From NCBI GenBank assembly GCA_037442745.1, contig JBBIPP010000002.1, positions 110,463-172,798 of the forward strand: a stretch of DNA of 62,336 nucleotides. Reading direction: 5' to 3'. Shown here piece by piece: positions 1 through 8,854 of this stretch. Source of the stretch: an archaeon. GTDB lineage: Archaea; SpSt-1190; DYHY01. The translations under genes were made by a program, and so were the position numbers. The first letter of the stretch is position 1; every line of letters starts with the position of its first letter. The notes beneath the pieces were generated by a model. It made no database searches. It saw only the letters and a program-made list of their open reading frames with translations, and was not told the origin of the DNA.

Positions 1-140
1 GCTCCTCTAATTGCGCATAACTATTGGCCAGTGCCTCAGATTTCAGCCAACCTTCATTGCCTCAACCTTCGGCACTCGCTCCTCTAATTGCGCATAACTA
101 TTGGCCAGTGCCTCAGATTTCAGCCAACCTTCGGCACCCT
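1..140. repeat. Direct tandem repeat with a ~77-bp period. Copy 1 spans 1-77 and copy 2 starts at 78 and lacks a 15-bp internal 'attgcctcaaccttc' segment. The array begins exactly at the window edge and may continue upstream.
   Basis: Positions 1-54 ('gctcctctaattgcgcataactattggccagtgcctcagatttcagccaacctt') are identical to 79-132. An internal 'caaccttc' duplication is present in copy 1. Confidence 0.7.
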
Positions 141-490
141 TCTTCATTTCCCAGAGAAAAACCTTTATCAACTACGCAAGCGAGCCTTCCCAGATGTTCG
201 ATATTTCGGAAACGTTCAGGCCTTCCTACGGAAAACTGATTCTTACTGCAGTGATTTTTCTCCTATTCGCTCCTACAATAAACATTGACACCGGAATAAG
301 GTGCATAGATGTTCCCTGCCCCCCAATCGGCCAGGCGTCTTTCGCATTCGCGCTTGCATTCGGAAAGCCGATAATCGGCTTTGACCCGTTCGGCATTTTT
401 TTCTGGTTCGGAATCTCCTACGTGTTCTTGGCGTCCATTTTGTCGTTCTTCTCAGAAATAAAGAAAACAAGGCTTATTAGGAGGTCTTGA
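101..490 (+). CDS. Possible small hydrophobic membrane protein. The start is uncertain, because the N-terminal part is generated by the tandem repeat and a TTG start.
   Basis: The C-terminal 80 aa are strongly hydrophobic (FLLFAPTINID...FFWFGISYVFLASILSFF). Its stop codon ends 12 bp before the CDGSH gene. Confidence 0.25.
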   Translation: MASASDFSQPSAPFFISQRKTFINYASEPSQMFDISETFRPSYGKLILTAVIFLLFAPTINIDTGIRCIDVPCPPIGQASFAFALAFGKPIIGFDPFGIFFWFGISYVFLASILSFFSEIKKTRLIRRS

Positions 491-501
491 AAAACGACGA
501 C

Positions 502-681
502 ATGCCTGAGAAAATAGAGCTTGATTTCACGGAGAACGGCCCGATTCTTGCAAAAAGGGGGCTGACCCTTGTCGGCGCATTCTGCAGGTGCGGGCAATCC
601 AAATCGAAACCCAATTGCGACGGAAGCCATAGGGCATGCGGTTTCAAGGCTGAGAAAGCCAGAGCCCAACTGTCCGATTAG
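502..681 (+). CDS. CDGSH-type iron-sulfur domain protein (mitoNEET-like zinc-finger fold)
   Basis: The motif CRCGQSKSKPNCDGSH matches C-x-C-x2-S-x3-P-x-C-D-G-S-H. The ATG at 502 is taken as start; the ORF track begins at an upstream TTG (487). Confidence 0.6.
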   Translation: MPEKIELDFTENGPILAKRGLTLVGAFCRCGQSKSKPNCDGSHRACGFKAEKARAQLSD

Positions 682-1298
682 AAAACGAGGAGAATCGCGA
701 GACCAAAGATCGCTCCAGCAACTACAAAGATTTTTTTCCAGTCAAGCTCGTCCAGGAAAACCGGGGAAGAGGCCAATGTCAGGATTGCAATTTCCCCGAG
801 TTTGCGGAGCTAACGAATCCCGGGTTCTGAGAGCGGAGATAGCAGAGGTTCATTGACCAATTGAAAGAGAACGCGAAAATCCCGGCTGAGAGGAAGAAGG
901 GCGCGCTTTTCCGGAAAAAAAGCCACCTTCAATCCTTGTTTTCTTCTGGAAGATTTCCCCGAAAATCAAGAGGGGTGTAGTCCTAATTTTCCAAAAAAGC
1001 AGGACTGAGACATCATAACCAATTTTCACAAGATATTTTGAGAAGAGAGCGAGGAAACCAAATATTAAGAAGCAAGAAATTGTCAGGGGAATCCAATCCG
1101 TCCGGTTTGGAGAGAAAACCCACTTTAAAACGCAATCTGGGATTGTGCAGAAACCCAATTATTGTCCTTGAACCCCTCTTCCAAAATGCTGTCAATTTCC
1201 GAGAAAATCTCCTCCAAAAAAGTCTGCCGTTTTTCCATAACTGCTTGACTCGTTTCAGATATTAAGGGGTGTGGAGAGAGCGCTTTTCCGGTAATTTG

Positions 1299-1835
1299 CT
1301 AGGAATGTATTCTCAAAGCCTCCTTAAGGAGTTCTTTGCCGAAAATTTCCCTTTCATAAATGCAAAGGGCGTTTAAGCGCGGCTTTCCCCTAAAAATGCC
1401 ATTTACCATTGCCTCATATTCAAAAAACCTGTTCGCTCCGGGAACGCCCTTTTCCGGAAGGATGAACGAGGCTGTCCCGAAAAAAAATGTCCCGGAGAAG
1501 CCACTCTTTATGGAGCGCCCGTGAATTAATTCAATTCGCCTCAGCAGTTCCGCGGGGACGAACTTTCCCGAGGGGAAATACGCCTCGCTAGGGATCCTTA
1601 CAGCCAACTGGTTTCGCCCAATTGCCCGCTCAAGAAGGGATTTTCCGGATTTCGTTTTGCCGAGAGCGGAGAAAAACTGGACGAAATCCTCCGATTCCAA
1701 GGATCCGAAAACGAACGCCCCGGAGGCGAGCCCTTTGAGAGAGAACAAAGCAGCCTCTCTTGCCAGCTCCCCTTTCCCTTCGGGGAATGTGCATCTATGA
1801 TTTTTCATTCTTAACGGGATATTTAACTGCCCCAA
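1299..1835 (-). CDS. Hypothetical protein with a Walker-A-like segment (GKTKSGKS)
   Basis: A 178-aa ORF with a TTG start. It contains ALGKTKSGKSLL, which fits GxxxxGK[ST]. No other family assignment is possible from sequence alone. Confidence 0.35.
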   Translation of the reverse strand: MGQLNIPLRMKNHRCTFPEGKGELAREAALFSLKGLASGAFVFGSLESEDFVQFFSALGKTKSGKSLLERAIGRNQLAVRIPSEAYFPSGKFVPAELLRRIELIHGRSIKSGFSGTFFFGTASFILPEKGVPGANRFFEYEAMVNGIFRGKPRLNALCIYEREIFGKELLKEALRIHS

Positions 1836-1871
1836 CTTTTTATTTTTTCCGCAAGGTCACGGGCAGTATCC

Positions 1872-2309
1872 TTAGCGCTTCCTCCATCTTGGCTTCCGGG
1901 AAAGCGAATCTCGCGTATTTTCAGAGAATTTTGATTCTTCGGTCGGCACTTGAGAGTTGTTAATCCCCGATTCAAAGCCGAATTGGCAACAATATCCAGA
2001 GGACCTCTCAATTATGAATGTCGCGTTCCAGAACGCACGGAATTTTCCAAATTCCCCTTCATTTGCACAGGAATAAGATTTGCCAATTGATTCAAATGCA
2101 GTCTGCGCCGAAAAACGCCCGTCCGAAAAAAAGCACTCCGAATGCCCCCTTATTGAAAGGTTTCCCTTCGATATTGCCCTTTCAAAAAGTCCTTCTCCCT
2201 CCCCCCTCCGTTTATCAATAATTGCGAAGAATTTTTGGATTTCCCCTTCCCTGAGCAAGCCGAGAACGAATTCCTTCTCATCGATTCCCACAAGAGCGAA
2301 GGAAGCCAA
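1872..2309 (-). CDS. Hypothetical protein
   Basis: A 145-aa ORF in the same frame as 1299..1835, separated from it by two stops (TAA at 1872-1874 and a TGA). Confidence 0.3.
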   Translation of the reverse strand: MASFALVGIDEKEFVLGLLREGEIQKFFAIIDKRRGEGEGLFERAISKGNLSIRGHSECFFSDGRFSAQTAFESIGKSYSCANEGEFGKFRAFWNATFIIERSSGYCCQFGFESGINNSQVPTEESKFSENTRDSLSRKPRWRKR

Positions 2310-2436
2310 ATTTTCAAGAACCTCCTAATTCGAATCGGCAACAACGCACAAGCGATTTTTCATTCAGCAAGGCAAGAACCGAAACGCCAACAATATATTT
2401 CTTTTCAAAGGAATCGTAAATCTTACAGAAAAAACA

Positions 2437-3716
2437 TCATTTCTTCTGTGTTGGAAGCCATTCCATTTCATAGTATTTCTTCAGGCTTCCATATCCTTTC
2501 ATTTTCCGTATCATTGATGCTAGAACGTCGCGCCTTCCGACATGCGTTTCCCGAAACTCCTTTGCCGCCTTCCTGTATGCAGAGTCAGTCATTCTCGCAG
2601 TTTTCCTCTTGTCGTTTTTCTCGGCAACCTTCCTTGCAATTGCCCCCATTTTTCTTGAGAGGCGGGAATCGGAGAGGAGCCGAAGAACATTCTCAATGAA
2701 TCCGGAGCAAGTCTTTGCAACAAGACCGCTCGACTTGTCTGAGACCAGTTCGCTCGTTGCCCCCTCGAAAACAACTACCGGAACGCCTGACGCCATTGCC
2801 TCTAGGACAACCAACCCCTGCGTCTCAGTCCTTGACGGAAGGGCGAAGACATCCGCGCAGTTGTAGAATCCGGATAGTTCGGAATCCCCCAAATACCCGG
2901 CAAAAATCGTTTTTTCCAGGACTCCGAGGTTGCTCGCCCTCTTCCTCAGGAACTCTTCAGCTGGGCCCCTTCCACCAATAACAAGGACGGAATTTTCCGA
3001 GGATTTTATTGTTTCGAAGAGAAGCTGGATGTTCTTTTCGAAGCCAATGCGCCCGAGATAGAGAAGAACGCGCTTTCCCTCCGGTATTCCGAACCTTTTC
3101 CTGAACCTCTCCTTCTTTTCCGTGGACATTGGGAGGAATTTTTCCGTGTTCACCCCTCCCGGGACATAGTGCACCTTTTCGAACCCCCGTTTTTCAAGTT
3201 CAGTTTTGACATATTTCGAGGGGGCGATTATTGCGTCCGCATGGGAATGGAAATAGCGCATATGCGCCCAAAGATATGCCCTTATAGGGGCTCTGAGTAA
3301 AGGCTCAAGAGTTTTTCCCGAAACATATGCGTTGTACTGGTCCCAGAAAGTGTGGAATGTCGAGACGCAGGGGATTTTCAAGACCTTTTGAACATAGAGG
3401 CCGTTGAAACCGTTAGTTGACTCAAGGTGGACATGCACGAGCTCAGCATTCCTTTCCCTGCAATGATTGAGAAGCTTGTTCAGGCTTATTGTGTTTATGA
3501 AATAGCCCTTGTAGAGGAAATCCACAGGAATTCCTCTGAAAAGGGAGATTTCAACCCCGTCCCGGAAATAGTTCCGGGTTTCGTCGCTTCCGGAAATTAT
3601 GAACGGCCTGTGCCCGAGGCCGACCTGCGCGACCGCGAGATCGGTCAATGCTGTTGATATTCCGTTTGCAGTAAGAGCATAGGAATCGTGGAAATGCGCT
3701 ATTGAGTCAATAGTCA
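2437..3716 (-). CDS. Glycosyltransferase family 4 (GT-B, group 1)
   Basis: The C-terminal block GRIGFEKNIQLLFE...VLVIGGRGP...FALPSRTETQGLVVLEAMASGVPVV carries the E-x7-E motif typical of GT4. The start was moved to the internal ATG at 3716 (MTIDSIAHFHD), which lies 27 bp from a TATA box. Confidence 0.8.
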
Positions 3717-3742
3717 TTTTTCCCGGCGTTTTCCGCATTTCT

Positions 3743-3752
3743 TTATATAAAT
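3743..3752. promoter_or_regulatory. Palindromic TATA box (TTTATATAAA) shared by the divergent GT4 and GT2 genes
   Basis: Perfect palindrome 27 bp upstream of the minus-strand ATG at 3716 and 27 bp upstream of the plus-strand ATG at 3779. Confidence 0.45.
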
Positions 3753-3778
3753 GGGGTTGATTTCCTGAAAAGGGAAAA

Positions 3779-4531
3779 ATGTCAGAAAAGAAAGCCCCCC
3801 TGATATCGGTGGTAATACCTGCCTGGAACGAGGAGAAATACATTGGCAGGACTGTCCGCTCACTCCTCAACCAATCTCTCGACCGGGAGGAGTACGAGAT
3901 AATTGTTGTTGACGGGCGCTCGACTGACAGGACTGTCCGGATTGCAAGAAGCCTTGGAGCGAAAGTTTTCTATGAGAACGAAAAGTCGATAGGGGAGGCA
4001 AGGAACGTCGGGGCGAAAAAAGCAAAGGGGAAATATGTCGCGTTCGTCGATGCCGACTGCATTGCTCCCCGTGGCTGGCTTCTCCGGATAAAGAAGACTT
4101 TTGAGCGAAAAGGCGAGAAATTGAAGGGAATGGGCGGGTTCGGAGTCCCGATAAACCCGAGGTGGCAAGACCGGCTCACATTTTTCATACTAGATTATTA
4201 CTGGAAGGCAACTTCCTGGCTCGGGATATACCATTTCGTCGGGTTCAACTGCGTTTATTCGAGGAAGGAATTCCTCAATCTCGGCGGGTTCAATAAGAAG
4301 ATAAAGTTTATGGAGGATGTTGATATGTCTTTCCGCTTCAGGAGGGCCGGCCACCCCTGCAAAGTCTCCAGAAGGCTGAAAATGATGACATCTCCAAGAC
4401 GATTCTCACAGATGGGCCTCCTAAAGATCCTCGGAATTGTCGTTGTCGGCTATTACTGCCTGTTTTTCGACAAACCTTTCCCCTGGGAATACGGGCGCCT
4501 CCTGAAAAAGCACGGGGCAATTGACAGGTGA
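3779..4531 (+). CDS. Glycosyltransferase family 2 (dolichyl-phosphate sugar transferase-like)
   Basis: LISVVIPAWNEEKYIGRTVRSLLNQS...YEIIVVDGRSTDRT...VAFVDADC is the classic GT-A/GT2 N-terminal region with DxD. Confidence 0.8.
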   Translation: MSEKKAPLISVVIPAWNEEKYIGRTVRSLLNQSLDREEYEIIVVDGRSTDRTVRIARSLGAKVFYENEKSIGEARNVGAKKAKGKYVAFVDADCIAPRGWLLRIKKTFERKGEKLKGMGGFGVPINPRWQDRLTFFILDYYWKATSWLGIYHFVGFNCVYSRKEFLNLGGFNKKIKFMEDVDMSFRFRRAGHPCKVSRRLKMMTSPRRFSQMGLLKILGIVVVGYYCLFFDKPFPWEYGRLLKKHGAIDR

Positions 4532-5436
4532 GCAGTCAAATGGACAAGGAAAAAAAACCAATAATTTCCGTAATAATCCCTGCCCTAAACGAGGAGAAAT
4601 ACATTGGCCGGACCATTCACTCCCTGCTGAAACAGAGCCTTCCAAGGAAAGAGTACGAGATAATAGTTGTTGACGGGAACTCGAAAGACGGGACTGTGAA
4701 GGTTGCAGAAAGGCTTGCTGACCTTGTCATAATAGAGAAGAAAAAATCCATAGGATATGCCAGGAACATCGGAGCGAATCTTTCAAGAGGGAAAATCGTC
4801 GCATTCGTTGATGCGGACTGCGCCGTCCCAAAAGGCTGGCTGAAAGCTGTAAAACGCTTTTTGATTTTCCAAGGGTTCTCAGGAGCCGGGGGGCCTGTCC
4901 TTCCAATCGGGGGGAAACTCCAGGAAAAAGGCTATTTCACAATATCCAACAGCTTAATGGCTGCTAGCGCGAAAACTGGGCTCTGTGTGTTCATAGGCTC
5001 GAATTGCGCATATGACAGAAGGAAATTCCTAGCTCTCGGTGGTTTTGACAAATCCCTGAAATATCTGGAGGACGCGGAATTCTCAATGAGGTTCGGGGAG
5101 AAGCACAGCTGTATTTTCTCGAAGAAGATGACGCTTCGGACATCCGTTAGGAGGATACTGCAGAACGGCGTCCTCAAACACACCACCCAGACTCTTGTTG
5201 GCTTTTTCTGCCTTGCGACAGGCGCAGACTTTCCGTGGGATTACTCAGGAGAACTGGCAAAGGACGGAACATTTTCAGGAACAAGGAAGCCCTGGAAGAA
5301 GCAGAACTTCAGGACCTTTTTCCGGCAATTGTCCTCAAAAACAAGCCCCAAGGCAAAGTCCCTACGAATCAAAATAGGGAGATATTTCTCGGCAACCGGC
5401 CGGGCCCTCGGAAAAAGAACAGGGAAAATATCCTAA
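4528..5436 (+). CDS. Glycosyltransferase family 2, tandem paralog of the preceding gene
   Basis: IISVIIPALNEEKYIGRTIHSLLKQS...YEIIVVDGNSKDGT...VAFVDADC. It overlaps the upstream gene by ATGA. A K/R-rich C-terminal tail may be read-through. Confidence 0.75.
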   Translation: MSSQMDKEKKPIISVIIPALNEEKYIGRTIHSLLKQSLPRKEYEIIVVDGNSKDGTVKVAERLADLVIIEKKKSIGYARNIGANLSRGKIVAFVDADCAVPKGWLKAVKRFLIFQGFSGAGGPVLPIGGKLQEKGYFTISNSLMAASAKTGLCVFIGSNCAYDRRKFLALGGFDKSLKYLEDAEFSMRFGEKHSCIFSKKMTLRTSVRRILQNGVLKHTTQTLVGFFCLATGADFPWDYSGELAKDGTFSGTRKPWKKQNFRTFFRQLSSKTSPKAKSLRIKIGRYFSATGRALGKRTGKIS

Positions 5437-5528
5437 TTATAAACAAGAAAAGACATCAAAAGAAAACCCGCGAATTCCTTCGGATTATAAACAAGAGAAA
5501 TGTCCTGTCCTTGAAAACCAAAAAAAAC

Positions 5529-5547
5529 AACGTGGGAATATGCTAGC
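5529..5547 (+). repeat. 19-bp direct repeat copy 1 (aacgNgggaatatgctagc). It matches the first 16 nt of tRNA-Pro plus 3 nt of leader at 5664-5682.
   Basis: 18 of 19 bp match, with 135 bp between the copies. Confidence 0.6.
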
Positions 5548-5666
5548 CTATGCCAACCCGCGGGGCTAGTCGCCCCCCAGTTCTGGGTTTCTCCTGACCC
5601 CGACAGATTGACAGCTCCCTCAAACCTTTTATAAAAAGAAACTTTCATTTTTCCAACAACCCAAAC

Positions 5667-5744
5667 GGGGGAATATGCTAGCTTGGTCCAGGCTTCGAGG
5701 TTTGGGGCCTCGCGACCCGAGTTCAAATCTCGGTTCCCCCACCA
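5667..5744 (+). tRNA. tRNA-Pro (anticodon UGG) with genomically encoded CCA
   Basis: Hand-folded. Acceptor GGGGGAA pairs with TTCCCCC. T-arm is CCGAG-TTCAAAT-CTCGG. Anticodon stem CGAGG/CCTCG carries loop TTTGGGG (U33, UGG, G37). The D-arm is a little irregular (4 bp with one mismatch, 11-nt loop carrying the GG). Confidence 0.6.
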
Positions 5745-6041
5745 AACGCATTCCAATTTTAATTGCGTTTGGTGTGGATTTTTCTTCGTACCTTTCTCAA
5801 CCCCCTCATTTGCTTTCGCCCAGTCGTGCGACATCCTTTCAGTCATCCCCACCAACTTCAAGCTCCCTTTCTTCTCCCGAAAGCATCCGCGCCGGTGTTG
5901 ACCTCGCTCGGCCCAGAGATCTTTTCCAACCAAAGTTTTCCCAAAAAACAACCGAAAACCCCCCTAAACAAGCCTTTCCCCTGAAAACACCCCCGTTTCA
6001 GAAAACCATTTTATACTACGGGCGTTTTTTTACCGGAGAGA

Positions 6042-7526
6042 GTGACATCCGAAATGACTAAACAAACACGCTTTTTAGTTTTCCTTGCAATAGTGTTGCT
6101 TCTGACTCAATTTTCCTCCGTATTTTCCGCTAACCAGCCTATTTCTGTTTCAGTCGAGAACGTTGTTCCATCAATAAAGGAAGGGGGAATTGCCGAGTTC
6201 AACGCGGTAATTTTCAACGAGCATTCGGATGAGGTTTCGGCAGTTCTCACAATCTCGGGACCCTCGTCAGATTCTTGGGTTCTTCCGTACGACTATTCAG
6301 TCAAAATACCTTCCGGCGAATATCTGAAAATCCCTTTGAAAATAAAGCCCCTCCCAAATTCTCCGGGAGGAAACTATGCATACAGCCTCCTTGTCCAATA
6401 CAAGATAGGGGAAAATGTCTGGGAGAATCTCAATGTCGCTCCGACCATGATAATGAACCTTGTCCAAGAAAAGACTGATTTCGTTGACCCGGCAAAAATC
6501 ATTGTCTCGATTTTCGATGAAAAAGCCAGCTATTCTCCCGGGGAAAGCGTCCAGACACAGGTTCAAATACACTCAATTAAGCAAATATTCCCCGAGCTCG
6601 ATATTACTCTCCAGCTCCTTGATTCCCAGGAAAGGCCAGTATACAGCTACACTTCCCCAGTAACAAGCCAAAAGGAGCCGATAAAACCCCTCTCCCAGAC
6701 AATTCCCCTTGGCCAAAAGCTCATCCCCGGGACATATCATATTGTAGCTACTCTGTCCTCACCCGATATTGGGAAAATAGCGTCCGCACGAAAAACAATA
6801 GGAGTCTCGGAAGTTAGGAAACTAGACGAGAAAAAAGCGACCTCAAGAGGGCTTTTCTCGAGAAAGACCACAATACACTATGAGAATGTCGGGAACGTTC
6901 CAGTTGGCGGGACAATATCTGAAAAAATCTACTGGTATGAGAAATATCTCCTGACAGCTGACCCAGCCCCGAACATTGTTCCGGCGGAAGGCGGAATGCT
7001 CTCCCTGATATGGACTTTTGACGGGCTGAAAGCGGGGGAGAAAACCCGGCTCTTTACATATTCAGTTTCCTACCTTCCGGCAGTCCTTTTGACAATACTC
7101 GTAGCAATCCTGATTCTTCTTGCCTGGCAAAGGATAAGGGCAGTCTCAGTATCAAAAGAAGTGATAAAGCAGAGGATTTCCCAAGATGTTCTTGAGGCAA
7201 CAATTTCAATTCACATTCGGAACAACACTGAAAAGGAGCTCTCAAAAGTCGTGCTGACTGACTATGTCCCGAAGCTTGCAAAGCCGGTCGAATTCGGGAC
7301 AATGAAGCCGAGCGAAACCCGGGCGGACAAAGTCGAGAGCGCGCTCATCTGGCCCCTTGAGACCCTGAAAGGAGGGGAAGAGAGGGTAATAACTTACAAA
7401 ATACGGACAACTGTTGGCGTTCTCGGCTCAATTGACCTTCCTGCGGCGAATGTCCGCTTCCTTTCCCCGAATGGCAGGGAAGGGTTCGTGAGATCGAACA
7501 CTGCTGAATGCGGAAGGAACGTCTGA
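6042..7526 (+). CDS. Putative cell-surface protein with a signal peptide, a beta-rich extracellular region and a C-proximal TM helix
   Basis: The N-terminus MTKQTRFLVFLAIVLLLTQFSSVFSANQ looks like a signal peptide. A TM segment LPAVLLTILVAILILLAW lies near residue 350. There are no enzymatic motifs. Confidence 0.5.
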   Translation: MTSEMTKQTRFLVFLAIVLLLTQFSSVFSANQPISVSVENVVPSIKEGGIAEFNAVIFNEHSDEVSAVLTISGPSSDSWVLPYDYSVKIPSGEYLKIPLKIKPLPNSPGGNYAYSLLVQYKIGENVWENLNVAPTMIMNLVQEKTDFVDPAKIIVSIFDEKASYSPGESVQTQVQIHSIKQIFPELDITLQLLDSQERPVYSYTSPVTSQKEPIKPLSQTIPLGQKLIPGTYHIVATLSSPDIGKIASARKTIGVSEVRKLDEKKATSRGLFSRKTTIHYENVGNVPVGGTISEKIYWYEKYLLTADPAPNIVPAEGGMLSLIWTFDGLKAGEKTRLFTYSVSYLPAVLLTILVAILILLAWQRIRAVSVSKEVIKQRISQDVLEATISIHIRNNTEKELSKVVLTDYVPKLAKPVEFGTMKPSETRADKVESALIWPLETLKGGEERVITYKIRTTVGVLGSIDLPAANVRFLSPNGREGFVRSNTAECGRNV

Positions 7527-7533
7527 AGCTGAA

Positions 7534-7746
7534 TTGGGCGCGCCCTCCTCATTGGAAACTGGTTCAGCTGAGAACAGCCCAGCGAAATTGGCTCCGATTT
7601 CAAGAGGAATCCTCCTATTTTACCTGCTTTTTGCCCTGATTGTCGCCCTCATTGCTTTCGCCCTAATCCGGGCGAACCCATATCGGGAAATGCTTTCCTC
7701 AAACCCCGTCTATTCAGGATTCCTAGTTGTCTCCGAATGCGGGTAA
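7534..7746 (+). CDS. Small membrane protein (hypothetical)
   Basis: A 70-aa ORF with the hydrophobic helix ILLFYLLFALIVALIAFALI. Confidence 0.3.
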   Translation: MGAPSSLETGSAENSPAKLAPISRGILLFYLLFALIVALIAFALIRANPYREMLSSNPVYSGFLVVSECG

Positions 7747-7987
7747 TATGTCGGAATTGAATGCAATTCGGATTCGGACGGCGCCGGACATTATGCGAAC
7801 AAGACTGACGGCGCGATTATCTGCGGTTTCTTCGGTCCCGCGAATTCGGAAAAGACCGCCGTGTCCAGAAGGAATTTTGTCCTGCTTGGAAGACCCCCTT
7901 ATCAGGATAACGAATTATCTTGTCTCAGGATGAGGAGCGGGGAAAAATAATGTTTTTAAAGGGCGGAGAAGGGTTCCCTCCCGTCAA

Positions 7988-8157
7988 CCCCTGGTAACTC
8001 AATCTGGCAGAGTGGTCGACTGTAGAGCCGTCCTATCCTCCAAAAAAGGGAGAGAGGGCAGCTTGGTTAGGAGCCATTCTCACAAAGAAGGTGGTTTTGG
8101 GCCCAAGGCGGCGCAGCCATCGACTTGTTGCAGGTTCAAATCCTGCCCAGGGGACCA
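7988..8157 (+). tRNA. tRNA-Tyr (anticodon GUA) with a ~93-nt intron at the canonical 37/38 position. CCA is encoded.
   Basis: Acceptor CCCCTGG pairs with CCAGGGG (the C1-G72 pair typical of archaeal tRNA-Tyr). D-stem is ACTC/GAGT. Anticodon stem GTCGA (8015-8019) carries loop CTGTAGA; the partner TCGAC lies at 8120-8124. T-arm is GCAGG-TTCAAAT-CCTGC. The intron is roughly 8027-8119. Confidence 0.75.
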
Positions 8158-8243
8158 GTTCTAATTCTTGAGGAAAACACATCCGAACTGTTCCCCCGGA
8201 CTTGCAGACAATGAAATTATTGGCTCAGCCAAGGGGACAACAA

Positions 8244-8849
8244 CTATTTGCCCAAAAAATTCCTTCCCCTGAATTCCCGTTCAATCTCCTTCCATCTTGG
8301 ACAGGAAACCAAATGGTCATTCACAATTCCCACTGCCTGCATATATGCATACACAATTGTCGGGCCTACGAAATTCATTCCCCTCTTTTTCAGGTCCTTT
8401 GAGATTTTTTCAGAGATGGACGTTTTTGCGGGAATTTCCTTCAGGGAACGAAACCTGTTAACAATCCGCTTCCCTCCGGAAAAACCCCAGAAATATTTGG
8501 AAAAGCTCCCGAACTCTTCCCTTATGCGGATGAACGCTTTCGCGTTAGAGACTGCCGAACTTATTTTCAGGCGGTTACGAATAATGCCAGGATTCCTCAT
8601 TAGCTTCTCGACCTCCCATTTCCCGAATCCGGCAACCTTGTTGAAATCAAATCCAGAGAACGCTGTTTTGTAATTCTTCCGCCTGTTCAGTATTGTCTCC
8701 CAAGAGAGACCAGCCTGCGCGCCCTCGAGAAGGAGGAACTCAAAGAGCTTTTTGTCATCAACCAAGGGTATGCCCCATTCTGAATTGTGATAAGAAAGAT
8801 AGAGCGGGTTTCCTGTTCTTGTTGCCCAAGGGCAGATTTTCCGTTTCAT
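8244..8849 (-). CDS. tag: DNA-3-methyladenine glycosylase I
   Basis: The segment LLLEGAQAGLSWETILNRRKNY is the Tag signature. Conserved Cys/His are present at both termini (CPW..., HLVSC). Confidence 0.8.
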   Translation of the reverse strand: MKRKICPWATRTGNPLYLSYHNSEWGIPLVDDKKLFEFLLLEGAQAGLSWETILNRRKNYKTAFSGFDFNKVAGFGKWEVEKLMRNPGIIRNRLKISSAVSNAKAFIRIREEFGSFSKYFWGFSGGKRIVNRFRSLKEIPAKTSISEKISKDLKKRGMNFVGPTIVYAYMQAVGIVNDHLVSCPRWKEIEREFRGRNFLGK

Positions 8850-8854
8850 TGGGA

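Noticed and set aside
1-140. Possible CRISPR array at the window start
   Set aside because: The repeat unit is ~54-77 bp with only ~15-23 bp between copies, and the units are not separated by unique spacers of regular length. No cas genes are nearby.
5433-6061. ORFs 5433..5951(-), 5675..6061(+), 5683..5901(+) and 5763..5984(+)
   Set aside because: They overlap the tRNA-Pro gene and its repeat region, have low-complexity P/S-rich translations and no RBS or TATA context, and are likely spurious.
8027-8119. Box C/D sRNA embedded in the tRNA-Tyr intron
   Set aside because: There are no RUGAUGA (box C) or CUGA (box D) motifs in the 93-nt intron.
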